From NCBI GenBank assembly GCA_043822785.1, contig JBDRBN010000046.1, forward strand, positions 1-59,945: a DNA stretch of 59,945 nucleotides, in the 5' to 3' direction. How positions within the stretch are numbered: position 1 is the stretch's first letter; every line of letters starts with the position of its first letter. Below, piece by piece: positions 25,460-35,477 of this stretch. The notes under the pieces were generated by a model. It made no database searches, was not told the DNA's origin, and worked only from the letters and a program-made list of their open reading frames with translations. The stretch is from Pseudomonadota bacterium. Its GTDB lineage: Bacteria > UBA10199 > 2-02-FULL-44-16 > JAAZCA01. The position numbers and the translations under genes were made by a program.

Positions 25460-26031
25460 TTAGAACCAAGTTCGGCCTTACGCTGCTCGATTAGCCCCTT
25501 TATGGCAGGGCCATAGTTTTTAAGAGTGTGCATCACTGCTGATATCTCTTTTTCGTCCTTTTTGAATATTATCACAACTGCATCCTGATTTTTGCCGCGT
25601 AGCTCGCTTATTACCAAGCGGGTTTCAAGTTGCTTTGTAGCCATACCAAATACGGTTACAGGATACTCCCACATGCCTGCAGGAACTGTTGGCAGCTTTC
25701 CATCCTGAACAGCCGATCTCGCTTCTTTATTTATGAGAACCTTCTCTATAGCTGTATACGGCGTGCTGAATATTGTAATTTCTTTCAGATTTTTCTTTCC
25801 AGCCTTATCTGTTGCGCTGGCCTTGTATGTGGCTACCACATCGCTTTCGTTAAGATAGAGCGTTCCGCGGCGATCGAAATGGTAGCCATGAATTCCAGCA
25901 ACAACAGTCGTGTTATCAAAGACCGCAGGAATTGAATCAGGAGCCTCTCGCGGTGGCCTGGACGGCCCCTTAACTGCAAATGCTGTTGCGGGAATAAGGA
26001 TAAGGATGATCAATGTGATTATTTTCTTCAT
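25456..26031 (-). CDS. hypothetical secreted protein
   Basis: Signal peptide MKKIITLIILILIPATAFA; RBS AAGGAGG. Confidence 0.75.
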   Translation of the reverse strand: MKKIITLIILILIPATAFAVKGPSRPPREAPDSIPAVFDNTTVVAGIHGYHFDRRGTLYLNESDVVATYKASATDKAGKKNLKEITIFSTPYTAIEKVLINKEARSAVQDGKLPTVPAGMWEYPVTVFGMATKQLETRLVISELRGKNQDAVVIIFKKDEKEISAVMHTLKNYGPAIKGLIEQRKAELGSK

Positions 26032-26149
26032 CTTTCCTCCTTATAGATGTCTTAAATCATGATCGTAGCTATTTTTGCACAGGAGGCAATGCATTTCTTA
26101 TACGACAAGGTAAATCCTCTCTTGTCCACTGCTTCATAATTCATTAGTG

Positions 26150-26177
26150 TGAGGGATCAAGGTGTATTGATCCCTCA
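26150..26177. promoter_or_regulatory. 11-bp perfect inverted repeat in divergent intergenic region (possible operator or hairpin)
   Basis: TGAGGGATCAA-N6-TTGATCCCTCA. Confidence 0.4.
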
Positions 26178-26203
26178 TGAAGACCCCAAGAAAGGAGCAA
26201 GCT

Positions 26204-26782
26204 ATGAAAAGAATATTCGTAGGAACAGTAGTTTCTATAGCAATGTTTTTGTTCGTTGCGACAGGATGTACGGCCAAGCCTAGCCTTAAGATCACAACTA
26301 AGAGCGTGGGCCCTGGAGAGGAGATCACTGTAGAGTATAAGACGCCTAAGGGTTACAAAGAAAACGCGTGGATCGGAATTATACCTTCGAATATCGAACA
26401 CGGCAGCGAAGCCACAAACGACAAGCACGATGTAGCCTACACTTATCTCAAGGGATCCACATCTGGCACGTTTACCTTTAAGGCGCCTATAAAGCCTGGT
26501 TCCTATGATTTTAGAATGCACGATACAGATGCAGGCGGCACTGAGGTAGCATCGGTAACCTTTAGGGTTGAGGAAAAGAAAACTGAGCAAGCATCTGAGC
26601 TCACTGCGTCTGCAGGCGGCATAGGTTTAGACGATGCAGTCATGGTGGAATGGAAGGGCAGCTGGTGGCCGGCAAAGGTAATTGCCATAGGCAAGGGCAA
26701 GGCACCTTATAAGATCCACTATGACGGCTATAGCAGCTCATGGGATGAATGGGTAGGCGATGCCAGGATAAAGAAGAAGTAG
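26204..26782 (+). CDS. lipoprotein with Ig-like domain and C-terminal Tudor-knot/Agenet-like domain
   Basis: Lipobox VATGC; AWIGII..GTFTFKAP..PGSYDFRM; VEWKGSWWPAKV..YKIHYDGYSSSWDEWV. Confidence 0.78.
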   Translation: MKRIFVGTVVSIAMFLFVATGCTAKPSLKITTKSVGPGEEITVEYKTPKGYKENAWIGIIPSNIEHGSEATNDKHDVAYTYLKGSTSGTFTFKAPIKPGSYDFRMHDTDAGGTEVASVTFRVEEKKTEQASELTASAGGIGLDDAVMVEWKGSWWPAKVIAIGKGKAPYKIHYDGYSSSWDEWVGDARIKKK

Positions 26783-26787
26783 CCTCA

Positions 26788-27021
26788 ATGAAGAGTGATT
26801 TCTTTCGCATTAAAGTAAAAACATATGACGGGCACAAGGGCGCCCAGAGGCCTGTGTCCTTTGTATGGAAGGAGCGCTCAATCGAATGCACAAAGATTTT
26901 GGATCAATGGTATGGCGAGGATTACGAGTACTTCAAAATAGAGGCAGACGACAGCCGTACCTACAGTTTGCGATATGATAGAAAGGCGAATAGCTGGGAG
27001 CTGTCCGCCTTTAAAACCTAG
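26788..27021 (+). CDS. small hypothetical protein (DUF6504-like)
   Basis: RPVSFVW..ILDQWYG..YFKI..Y.LRYD..WEL pattern; 5 bp after upstream stop. Confidence 0.6.
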   Translation: MKSDFFRIKVKTYDGHKGAQRPVSFVWKERSIECTKILDQWYGEDYEYFKIEADDSRTYSLRYDRKANSWELSAFKT

Positions 27022-27113
27022 TTTATTGATTAATGCGACATATAAGCATGAAGATGATGAAAGCGATGAAACAAACGAAATTTTATAGCCCCAAAAGCGT
27101 CCGATTATTACGC

Positions 27114-27671
27114 TCAGGTTTTGGTTTCGTTTAGAATATCATGAAAAACTTTCACAAAATTTTCGTGAAGGGAATTGTCAAACTCCTTAAGCCATTTTTT
27201 TATATAGCCTTCATCAAATGAAGTGTTTTTAAGCAGTATTGTTTTTATATCTTCAAGATCGCGCGGTCTGCCTGCAATTATTTTATGTATAATTACGTCC
27301 TCTAGTGAGGCGAATTTGACTGGCACATCATCAAACATTACGGTTTTTGCTCGTTCAATTGCCTGCTTTTCATAAGGAGAGAATGAAAAAATGAGATCAA
27401 CCCTGATGCCAGTCGATTCTTGAAGTGCCGGAAGAACCATTGTTTTTTTAACGAAATCTTCGGGGTTTGAAACTAATATCTTCAGGTTGAGCGAATTCAC
27501 CATTTCCATGACTTCATTTTGCAAATCCAGACCCACTCCAAGTGTTATATCAATATCTTTGGTGAGCCGCGGCTCTCCGTAAAGTAAGACTGCCTGCCCC
27601 CCTATGAGCATATAGGGGATGGTGATTGAATCCAGAGCATGAGCGAGCTTTTTAAGCAGCTCTTGAAACAT
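27114..27671 (-). CDS. nucleotidyltransferase-fold protein (DUF6036/AbiEii-like)
   Basis: YMLIGGQAV..YGEPRLTKDIDI, EDVIIHKIIAGRPRDLEDI. Confidence 0.8.
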   Translation of the reverse strand: MFQELLKKLAHALDSITIPYMLIGGQAVLLYGEPRLTKDIDITLGVGLDLQNEVMEMVNSLNLKILVSNPEDFVKKTMVLPALQESTGIRVDLIFSFSPYEKQAIERAKTVMFDDVPVKFASLEDVIIHKIIAGRPRDLEDIKTILLKNTSFDEGYIKKWLKEFDNSLHENFVKVFHDILNETKT

Positions 27672-27858
27672 GGTTGATGACCTTTGCGATTCTTATGTCG
27701 ACAGAAAGTCCTTCGAGAGGATCCTTCATGGGGAGGGCGCCAAGGGCTCGCGCTTCATCATAGAGAGCGTCGATAAGCCGAAATTTTTGTTCTATATCGA
27801 GTCGCTCTCGCCTGAGCTCCTCAATTTCAAATTCTTGCCATTCCTTTTTAATAATCAT
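27652..27858 (-). CDS. small hypothetical partner of the nucleotidyltransferase
   Basis: 68 aa, overlaps the downstream start; TA-like arrangement. Confidence 0.65.
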   Translation of the reverse strand: MIIKKEWQEFEIEELRRERLDIEQKFRLIDALYDEARALGALPMKDPLEGLSVDIRIAKVINHVSRAA

Positions 27859-27997
27859 AACTTATTCTAACATTCCAATGCTTAAAGGACAAGTGACTTT
27901 ATTCCTTGAGCTTTTTGCGGAGGGCCTGGATGCCAAGTTTTACTTGGGCGATTGAGGTACTACTTTTATAGGCAGCGCGAAACGCCATCTCCCCAAC

Positions 27998-29956
27998 TCA
28001 CTCATATCTCAACGCTTCGACAGGGTCGAGCTGCGATGCTTTCTTGGCCGGCCACATGCCGAAAAACAGACCTACGATGATCGAAAACGCGGTCGCAAGC
28101 ACTACGGAGAATACGGTTATGCGCACTGCCCAGCCGGCGAAGATCGACAAGCTCGTGGCGGCGATGCTGCCGATGAGCACTCCCAAAAGGCCGCCTACAA
28201 GGGTCATCACGATGGATTCGGTCAAAAACTGCGCGAGTATATCTATCCTTCGCGCGCCGATCGCCTTTCGCAAACCGATCTCCCTCGTGCGTTCGGTCAC
28301 AGACACGAGCATTATGTTCATAATGCCGATGCCGCCGACCACAAGCGAAATTGCAGCGATGATCCCCAAGAGCGTGCCCATGGTCTGCATGGTGCTGCTG
28401 AGCATCTCCTGTATCTCGCTCATGTCACGTATGTGAAAGGTGTCTTCGTCTTTATACAGTTTGTGCTTTTTCTTGATGATCCCTTCTATCTCGCGCTGGG
28501 CTTCGCTCATGTATGCGGGATCAGCGACCTCCACATACATGCCATCCAGATAATCCTTTCCGAACAGGCGATACATCGCAGTGGTCACCGGAATATAGAC
28601 CGTATCGTCCTGATCGCGCGGCCCGAACGATCCCTTTTCTGGCGCTATGCCGATCACTTTGAAATTTATGCGGTTGAGCTTTATCGTCCTGCCGATGGGA
28701 TTTGTATTTCCAAAAAGCTTTGAAAGAACCGTGGTCCCGAGGATCACCACCTTTGCGCGCTTGTTTATCTCGTCTTGGGTAAACCACCTGCCTACTGAAG
28801 GCTGGGCAGCGCGTATCTCGGCGTAATTATAACCCACCCCCTCAATGCTCGTATTCCAGTTTTCGTTTTGATAAACCGCCTGCGCGCTTCCGCCAACGGT
28901 GCCGGTCACCCTTTGGATGAGCGGCTCAAGGGATTTTATGCTTTCCACATCGTTGAAGGTAAATCTGGTCACCGTATCCGCGCCGCTGGCTACACCATGC
29001 TGTTTGGACGAACCGCCTCTCACCGAGAGCAGATTGGAGCCCAGCGTCTTAAGCCTCTCTGCTATGGATTCCTTGGCGCCCGATCCCAAGGCGAGCATGG
29101 CGATCACCGCAGCAACTCCAACTAGTATGCCCAGCATGGAAAGAAACGAACGCACTCTGTTTGATAAAATAGTATTAATTGCCTGCTTGAAATAACCCAG
29201 CACCTCAGCCTTATTGAGCGATGATCTTTTGGTAAGAAGTATATCCTTGATCGTCCTGCGGCTTTCCTCTGACGGAGCGATATCCCTTCTGCGTTCATCT
29301 GAGATAATTTTTCCATCTCGAATGGTGATGATCCTGTTTGCGTACTTTGCGATTTCAGGTTCGTGCGTGACCATGATTATGGTCTTGCCCTGCTCGTTGA
29401 GCTTCTTCAAAACCTCCATGATCTCGTGGCCGCTTTTGGAATCGAGGTTGCCTGTGGGCTCGTCGGCAAACAGAATCATGGGGTCGTTGATGAGCGCGCG
29501 AGCAATAGCCACCCTCTGCTGCTCGCCGCCAGATAATTCGTTAGGCCGATGGTCTGCACGCTGAGTAAGCCCGACAATGCGAAGCTTTTGCATGGCATCT
29601 CTGTGCACGCTGCCAGAGTCGCCGCTGTATATGGATGGAAGATAGACGTTGTCTAGTGCAGATATCCTTCGAAGAAGATGAAACTGCTGAAACACAAAGC
29701 CTGCAAGCTGGTTTCTTAAGTTTGCAAGCTCGTTGTCGGTAAGCTGGCTCGCGTTTTTATCATAGACGATATAGTCGCCGCTGTCCGGACGATCCAGAAA
29801 ACCGAGTATATGCAGAAGGGTTGATTTTCCTGAACCTGACGGCCCCATGATCGCGATAAACTCGCCAGGCTCTACCATGAGCGACACATCGCTTAAGGCC
29901 CTTACCTTAACTTTGCCCATGCAATATGTCTTTGATATGTTTTCAAGCCGTATCAT
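27998..29956 (-). CDS. macB: MacB-type ABC ATPase/permease
   Basis: GPSGSGKST, LSGGEQQR, ADEPTGNLD, GGIGIMNIMLVSVTERTREIG, ALRYE. Confidence 0.95.
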   Translation of the reverse strand: MIRLENISKTYCMGKVKVRALSDVSLMVEPGEFIAIMGPSGSGKSTLLHILGFLDRPDSGDYIVYDKNASQLTDNELANLRNQLAGFVFQQFHLLRRISALDNVYLPSIYSGDSGSVHRDAMQKLRIVGLTQRADHRPNELSGGEQQRVAIARALINDPMILFADEPTGNLDSKSGHEIMEVLKKLNEQGKTIIMVTHEPEIAKYANRIITIRDGKIISDERRRDIAPSEESRRTIKDILLTKRSSLNKAEVLGYFKQAINTILSNRVRSFLSMLGILVGVAAVIAMLALGSGAKESIAERLKTLGSNLLSVRGGSSKQHGVASGADTVTRFTFNDVESIKSLEPLIQRVTGTVGGSAQAVYQNENWNTSIEGVGYNYAEIRAAQPSVGRWFTQDEINKRAKVVILGTTVLSKLFGNTNPIGRTIKLNRINFKVIGIAPEKGSFGPRDQDDTVYIPVTTAMYRLFGKDYLDGMYVEVADPAYMSEAQREIEGIIKKKHKLYKDEDTFHIRDMSEIQEMLSSTMQTMGTLLGIIAAISLVVGGIGIMNIMLVSVTERTREIGLRKAIGARRIDILAQFLTESIVMTLVGGLLGVLIGSIAATSLSIFAGWAVRITVFSVVLATAFSIIVGLFFGMWPAKKASQLDPVEALRYE

Positions 29957-30927
29957 TTTTTGGACTTATCGTCTTTTCCTCTGAACGATGGAAAAAAAGG
30001 ACTGTCTCCGTTTTTCTTTTTGGGCACCGCATAAGAGCGCTTACTCGCATAAATCGTGTCGACATCTGAGATGCCGGATACCACCTCGGCAAATCCGTTG
30101 CTTTCAATACCTACGATGATCTGTTTTTTCTTCACAGCTCCGTCAGAAGGATCCTTCATCCAAACAAACGTTTTCTGCTTCTCATGTATCACAGCATCAG
30201 AAGGTATGAGGAGTGCGTCCTTAACTTCCTGTACAAACACTTCGACGTTTGCGCTCATGCCGGAGCGAAACACATCAGGGATCTCGCGCGGGAGGATATC
30301 CACTTTGTATATGGTCACGTTGCTTACCACCTGGGATTCGTAGGATATATGGTCGACTAAAGCATCTATCTTTATCTCAGGGTAGGCATCCAGGCCGATT
30401 ATGGCACGCTGCCCCACCTTTAGCTCGCCGATGTCGGTCTCATCCACATCCCCCTCAACGATGAGGCGGTCTGAGAGGACAAGCACTGCATCACTGGCGG
30501 TCACCGTCTGCCCTGGTTCAACATCGCGAACGATAACCACGCCGTCGATGGGAGCGATGAGCGGCGTTTCCTTATACGCCTGTTTCCAATACTTGAATTC
30601 CTTTTCGCCTTTGAGTCTGGCCGCATCGATGAGAGTGGCGCGCTCGGTCGAACTCATAAGCGCAAGCACATCTCCTATCTTTACTTCCTGCCCTTCATTC
30701 ACCAATATTTTTTCGATGCGACCGTTGATAGGCGGTTTGATCTCCAAACGGTTCTGAGGCTTGACAGTTCCGATCGTGGATACGGTGAGGGCAAGATCCC
30801 CGCGAGATGGTTTGATTGGCACGAGCTTGCCATCCGAATCGCCTCGCCCGGCTATCCTAAAAAATATGAACGCTAGCACTACACTAGCGATGATAATCGT
30901 TAGAGCCAGTTTGACTTTTTTATTCAT
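29953..30927 (-). CDS. macA: MacA-type periplasmic adaptor
   Basis: N-terminal anchor, lipoyl-like motifs (APIDGVV, VDETDIG), RSGMSA. Confidence 0.88.
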   Translation of the reverse strand: MNKKVKLALTIIIASVVLAFIFFRIAGRGDSDGKLVPIKPSRGDLALTVSTIGTVKPQNRLEIKPPINGRIEKILVNEGQEVKIGDVLALMSSTERATLIDAARLKGEKEFKYWKQAYKETPLIAPIDGVVIVRDVEPGQTVTASDAVLVLSDRLIVEGDVDETDIGELKVGQRAIIGLDAYPEIKIDALVDHISYESQVVSNVTIYKVDILPREIPDVFRSGMSANVEVFVQEVKDALLIPSDAVIHEKQKTFVWMKDPSDGAVKKKQIIVGIESNGFAEVVSGISDVDTIYASKRSYAVPKKKNGDSPFFPSFRGKDDKSKK

Positions 30928-30928
30928 G

Positions 30929-32188
30929 CTATAATGCCTCCCCCCGCGCCCTTACCCATTCGGCCTCTGCAATCATCATCTCCGCTGCAGCTTCTACATA
31001 AGCTTTTTGAGATCTGACGTAATTATCTTCGATGATAATCCAGTTATCAAAAATAAGCAGGCCATTTGCATATTGAGCTCTTCCGATCTTTGCGCGAATC
31101 TCGTTAGCTGTGAGATATTTTTTTTGGACCTCATAGTACTCCTCAGCATCTTTCAGTCTCTGCCATGCGCCCTCAAGGATTGAGAGCACCAGATCGTATT
31201 CGCTGGTTTCGCTGGAGGTCACCTCCAGAAGCCTGGCTGCTGCCTTGTCTGTGTTGGCGATGCGGCGTCCGCCTTCGAATACTGGCAACGATGCGCCTAC
31301 GCCCACCGACCACCCGTCATCGCTCGAAAAACCACCTGACCTTACCCTGCCTGCTTCAGCGGTTAGCTTGAGCGTGGGAAAGAACTCTGATTTTGCAGAT
31401 CTCAGGCTGTATTTTGCCGCACCCTTTTCCGAAGCAACCCTCTTTACATCCGGATGATTGTCCGCAATCGCCCTCAGGTCTGGTTTTCCTTTCATGGGGT
31501 ACTGAAGCGCAAAGCTGCCCTTTACCCTGATGGGTGTATCGTCATTCCAGCCCAGCTCCTTTCTCAATGCATACTGGGCCACAGAGATATCGCGCTTAGC
31601 TTTGCGATGATCATACTCGGCTTGCGCCAGATCGGCCTCTGCAAGCAAAAGCGAGCCCTGATGCTCGCGCCCTGATTCGTACCTCAACTGTATCATGTCC
31701 AGGTTCTGTTTTCTCCTGGCAATGATGCCCTGGGTTATCGGAACCAGGTCCTGGGCCTTTAGCAGATCGGCAAAGGCCTTTCTCAGATTGTAGCGGATCT
31801 CTGAAGACGTTGCCGTGTAGGTATGTTGGGACGCGCTTATATCCTCCTCAGCTGATTTAAAATCATTGTATGTTTTGAATCCATCAAACAGAAGCTGCTC
31901 TCCTTTTGCCGAATATGTGTTGTTGTTTTTCTCGTTGTTGCCGGAAAACGTGTTTGTCTTGTTTGCGCTCGCATCCACGCTTATCTGCGGAAGCATGGGG
32001 CTTGTCGCAACCCACTTCTGCGCCTTGCGCTGGTTTACGACCTGAAGCGATGCTGCGAGCTGGGGGTTCTGCTTTGCTGCCTCCCTGACGCACTCATTCC
32101 AATCTAGAACCAGCGTTTTCCCGGCTAAGGCTGCAGGGCAGGATAGCAAAAACAATGCAATAATAATGAAGGCACACGTGTGTTTCAT
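30929..32188 (-). CDS. TolC-family outer-membrane channel
   Basis: Signal peptide, A..QNP.L, LP.I.V, LFDG, LPVFEGG repeats; operon with macAB. Confidence 0.88.
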   Translation of the reverse strand: MKHTCAFIIIALFLLSCPAALAGKTLVLDWNECVREAAKQNPQLAASLQVVNQRKAQKWVATSPMLPQISVDASANKTNTFSGNNEKNNNTYSAKGEQLLFDGFKTYNDFKSAEEDISASQHTYTATSSEIRYNLRKAFADLLKAQDLVPITQGIIARRKQNLDMIQLRYESGREHQGSLLLAEADLAQAEYDHRKAKRDISVAQYALRKELGWNDDTPIRVKGSFALQYPMKGKPDLRAIADNHPDVKRVASEKGAAKYSLRSAKSEFFPTLKLTAEAGRVRSGGFSSDDGWSVGVGASLPVFEGGRRIANTDKAAARLLEVTSSETSEYDLVLSILEGAWQRLKDAEEYYEVQKKYLTANEIRAKIGRAQYANGLLIFDNWIIIEDNYVRSQKAYVEAAAEMMIAEAEWVRARGEAL

Positions 32189-32272
32189 ATTAGTTTCCAA
32201 CATCCCTCATTATTAAAGTTACCCAATGGATGCAATTAATAATCTGATTTTTATGACGTATGCGAAGGTGCT

Positions 32273-33649
32273 TTATTCAGAAAGGGTTTTGCGTAAGGTT
32301 TGGACGCCCTGTTTTACTTGGGCGATTGAGGTGCCGCCGGGATTGTTTCGCTTTTCAACTGCGGATTCTGCAGACAGAGATCTCATAAAACCCACATCGA
32401 TTTCAGGTAGAATGGATTTTATGGTTTCGCTATCGAGCGTGTGCACTTGAACGCCTTTGCTCTCAGCAATCTCCACCATCTGCGCCACTTTCTTGTAAGC
32501 ATCCCGAAATGCCATGCCCTGGGAAGTCAGGTGATCTGCTATTTCGGTTGCGAGTATATGGCCAGTGCTTAAAAGCTCTTGTGCGCGCGTTTCGTTGAGT
32601 TTTATTCCCTCAATAAAAGGAACCATTATCTCAAGGCAAGATGTTAGCTCTGTCTTGGCACCAACAAATGTTTTCTTAAGCTCGTGAAGATCTGATCCAT
32701 AACTTGTGGGAACTGATTTTACGAGAAAATGTGCTTCACTTGCTGCTGCAATGATTCGCGATGCCTTTGCCCGAGTGATCTCTGCCACATCTGGGTTTCG
32801 CTTGTTGGGCATGATCGAGCTTCCGGTAGAATAATTTTTTGGCAACACGACTAAACCCACAGGTGTTGAAGACCAATAGATAACATCCTCGCACAACCTT
32901 CCAAGATGAATAGCGATGGATGCAAATGCATCAAGGGATTCGATCATAAAGTCGCGGTCGCCTACTGCGTCATAGCTATTATTAGGAGCTGACTCAAAGC
33001 CAAGCTTATTTGCAAGTGTCACCAAATCCAGTTTGAGCGATGTGCCTGAAAAAGCAGCAGAGCCAAGGGGCAAATATTCGAGACACGCCTTCTGTGTATT
33101 CTTGAGTCTCTTTATGTCTCTACCAAATGCCCAAGCATGGGAAGCCAGCACATGGCCAAAACTTATGGGCTGGCCATGTTGCATGTGCGTTGTGCCAGGC
33201 ACGATTACAGATGCATATTTTTCAGCCAAATCGCACAGCGCGCTTGCGAGACTGCGAGTTTGGCCTGATGCTTCTTTTGCCACATCATTTGTATAAAGGC
33301 GCAAGGTCGTGGCGATGAGATCGTTTCTCGACCTGCCCACATGTATCTTTTTTCCCAAATCACCAGCACGTTCCGTGATGAACCTCTCCAGATTCATGTG
33401 AATGTCTTCATCCTCTATGCGCCATTCAAATGAACCTTTCTGAATCATCCCCAAAGCTTCTTGCAAAAGCGAATTAGCTTTGTGGCCTTCCTCTTTTGGG
33501 AGGTAATTACCTTGTACAAGTGCGTCCACCCATGCGCATTGTACGCGAATTTCATAAGGAGCGAGCAATTTATCGACCTCAATGCCGCTGGTAAAATTAT
33601 AAAGATCAGCGCCTCCGCTATTATTGCGTTTTGTATTAAGTACATTCAT
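32273..33649 (-). CDS. argH: argininosuccinate lyase
   Basis: EDIHMNLE, GRSRND, PGTTHMQ, PLGSAA, TGSSIMPNKRNPD. Confidence 0.95.
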   Translation of the reverse strand: MNVLNTKRNNSGGADLYNFTSGIEVDKLLAPYEIRVQCAWVDALVQGNYLPKEEGHKANSLLQEALGMIQKGSFEWRIEDEDIHMNLERFITERAGDLGKKIHVGRSRNDLIATTLRLYTNDVAKEASGQTRSLASALCDLAEKYASVIVPGTTHMQHGQPISFGHVLASHAWAFGRDIKRLKNTQKACLEYLPLGSAAFSGTSLKLDLVTLANKLGFESAPNNSYDAVGDRDFMIESLDAFASIAIHLGRLCEDVIYWSSTPVGLVVLPKNYSTGSSIMPNKRNPDVAEITRAKASRIIAAASEAHFLVKSVPTSYGSDLHELKKTFVGAKTELTSCLEIMVPFIEGIKLNETRAQELLSTGHILATEIADHLTSQGMAFRDAYKKVAQMVEIAESKGVQVHTLDSETIKSILPEIDVGFMRSLSAESAVEKRNNPGGTSIAQVKQGVQTLRKTLSE

Positions 33650-33650
33650 T

Positions 33651-33690
33651 TCACTGATTCCTGTTTACTGATAACTGATTACTGGTCACT
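33651..33690. repeat. heptamer repeat (ACTGAT/ACTGGT-type) between argG and argH
   Basis: tcactgattc ctgtttactg ataactgatt actggtcact; same unit as 39061-39165. Confidence 0.6.
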
Positions 33691-34882
33691 TTTTCCTCTT
33701 CCCTGCCTGCCATTGTCTAAAGCTCAGTGTGCGGCAGAAGCCGTGCGCTGCGCCGTTTAGATCAAACTCATCCTTTTCAAAGCTCACAAGATCCTGGCCA
33801 TAGAGAGAATAAGAAGAGTGTCTGCCTGTGATCAATATGCGTCCGTTGACCAGCTTCATGCTTATCTTGCCAGTGAGCACATCCGCGGCTTTTTCAAAAA
33901 ACGCATCGATTGCAGCCCTTGCATCTGAATGCCACATGCCGTCGTAAACCAGATCAGCATATTCCCTGCCCAAATTAGAAGCAATGTTTAACATAGAGCG
34001 GTCCCAGCACAAATGCTTTAGCACACGGCAGGCATGATGCAGAAGCGTTCCGCCAGGCGTTTCATATACCCCGCGGCATTTGATGCCGTTGGTGCGCTCC
34101 TCAATCAAATCAGCCACGCCTATTCCGTGCTCGCCGCCGATCTCGTTTAATTTTTCAAGTAGCGCAGCAGGCGTAAGGTTTTGGCCGTTTACCGCCACAG
34201 GAATTCCCTTTTTGAACTCTATGGTCAGATCAGCAGGCTCACGTGAGCTCTCAGAAGGGGACTTGGTCCATTCATATATTTCCTTTGGATCAAACTCCTT
34301 TTCCACCTGCTCTAAAATATCGCCTTCGCATGAGCGATGCAGCAGGTTTACATCAACGCTGAACCGGCTTTCCTCATTCTTAACATCAAAACCTTTGCCA
34401 GTAAGATAACCCACCAGATCAGTGCGTCCTTTAAAATCCCAGATCTTCCATGGAGCTATGATTTTAATATCTGGAACCAGATAAGCCCATGCCAGCTCAA
34501 AGCGAATCTGATCATTGCCTTTGCCAGTTGCGCCGTGCGCGATTGCGAACGCGCCCTTTTCCTTAGCAAGCGTTGCGACGCGCTCTGCGATGAGCGGGCG
34601 GCCTAAAGCCGTGCCCAACAGATAATCATCTTGATAGATGGCTCCAGCACGTATGGCAGGAAACACATAATCCTTTGTTAGCGTTTCTTTGAGATCCTCA
34701 AAGATGAATTCTGTTGCGCCAAGTTCTTTGGCGCGCCTGGCAAGCCATCCCTTATCAGGCGCGTTTCCCAGATCTGAGCAGTATGCGATTACATCTGCAT
34801 CATATTCATCGATGAGCCATGGGATAATGGCTGATGTGTCCAAACCGCCTGAATATGCGAGCACGATCTTTTTCTTTTCCAT
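33686..34882 (-). CDS. argG: argininosuccinate synthase
   Basis: LAYSGGLDTS, YLLGTALGRP, HGATGKGNDQ, RGVYETPGG. Confidence 0.96.
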   Translation of the reverse strand: MEKKKIVLAYSGGLDTSAIIPWLIDEYDADVIAYCSDLGNAPDKGWLARRAKELGATEFIFEDLKETLTKDYVFPAIRAGAIYQDDYLLGTALGRPLIAERVATLAKEKGAFAIAHGATGKGNDQIRFELAWAYLVPDIKIIAPWKIWDFKGRTDLVGYLTGKGFDVKNEESRFSVDVNLLHRSCEGDILEQVEKEFDPKEIYEWTKSPSESSREPADLTIEFKKGIPVAVNGQNLTPAALLEKLNEIGGEHGIGVADLIEERTNGIKCRGVYETPGGTLLHHACRVLKHLCWDRSMLNIASNLGREYADLVYDGMWHSDARAAIDAFFEKAADVLTGKISMKLVNGRILITGRHSSYSLYGQDLVSFEKDEFDLNGAAHGFCRTLSFRQWQAGKRKK

Positions 34883-34911
34883 TTATTTTCCCTCCAATGA
34901 TTATGCAACCT

Positions 34912-35000
34912 GTTGAAATAATATGCCCGTATATGCATATATATTCGACATTATCAAGAAATAGTTGCTAATTATTTCATTATGTGCATAAAAATGCACA
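34912..35000. promoter_or_regulatory. ARG boxes between divergent argG and argR
   Basis: TGTGCATAAAAATGCACA 34983-35000 and TATGCATATATATTCGAC 34932-34949 fit TGnAT-W4-ATnCA. Confidence 0.75.
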
Positions 35001-35012
35001 TACGGAGACATT

Positions 35013-35468
35013 ATGGATTCGCTTAAGAGAAAAGAGCTTCATTCAGTTTTAAGACGCCTTTTGGCATCAGGCTTTGCTGGAACCCAAGAGGATATCTGCA
35101 ACGTGCTTGAGAAGCATGGGTTTGATGTGAATCAGTCCACGGTTTCAAGGCTCTTAAGAAGGTTAGAAGCAGTGAAATCAACGGAGGGCGGCAAGGTGGT
35201 TTATCGCCTGCCTGAGCGCAGAACATCTTCTGACCTATCAGGATCTTTAGATAGCCTTGTCATCGAAATAGCCTCGAACGAAGCCATGGTCGTGATAAGA
35301 ACCATTCCTGGGTCTGCGATGTTTGTAGGGCACTTTCTCGACGCAGCAAATATGCAGAAGATTTTAGGCACAGTAGCAGGGGATGACACGATATTCATCA
35401 CGCCCAAGTCGATAAAGGAAATAAAAGCGCTTGAAGACGAGATCAGGGAGATGGTTAAGAGCACGTAA
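35013..35468 (+). CDS. argR: arginine repressor
   Basis: TQEDI, VNQSTVSR, RTIPGSA, LGTVAGDDTIF. Confidence 0.95.
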   Translation: MDSLKRKELHSVLRRLLASGFAGTQEDICNVLEKHGFDVNQSTVSRLLRRLEAVKSTEGGKVVYRLPERRTSSDLSGSLDSLVIEIASNEAMVVIRTIPGSAMFVGHFLDAANMQKILGTVAGDDTIFITPKSIKEIKALEDEIREMVKST

Positions 35469-35477
35469 AAATGTGGA

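Noticed and set aside
27998-35468. macAB-tolC and argGH-argR as novel
   Set aside because: Canonical motifs and ordinary organisation.
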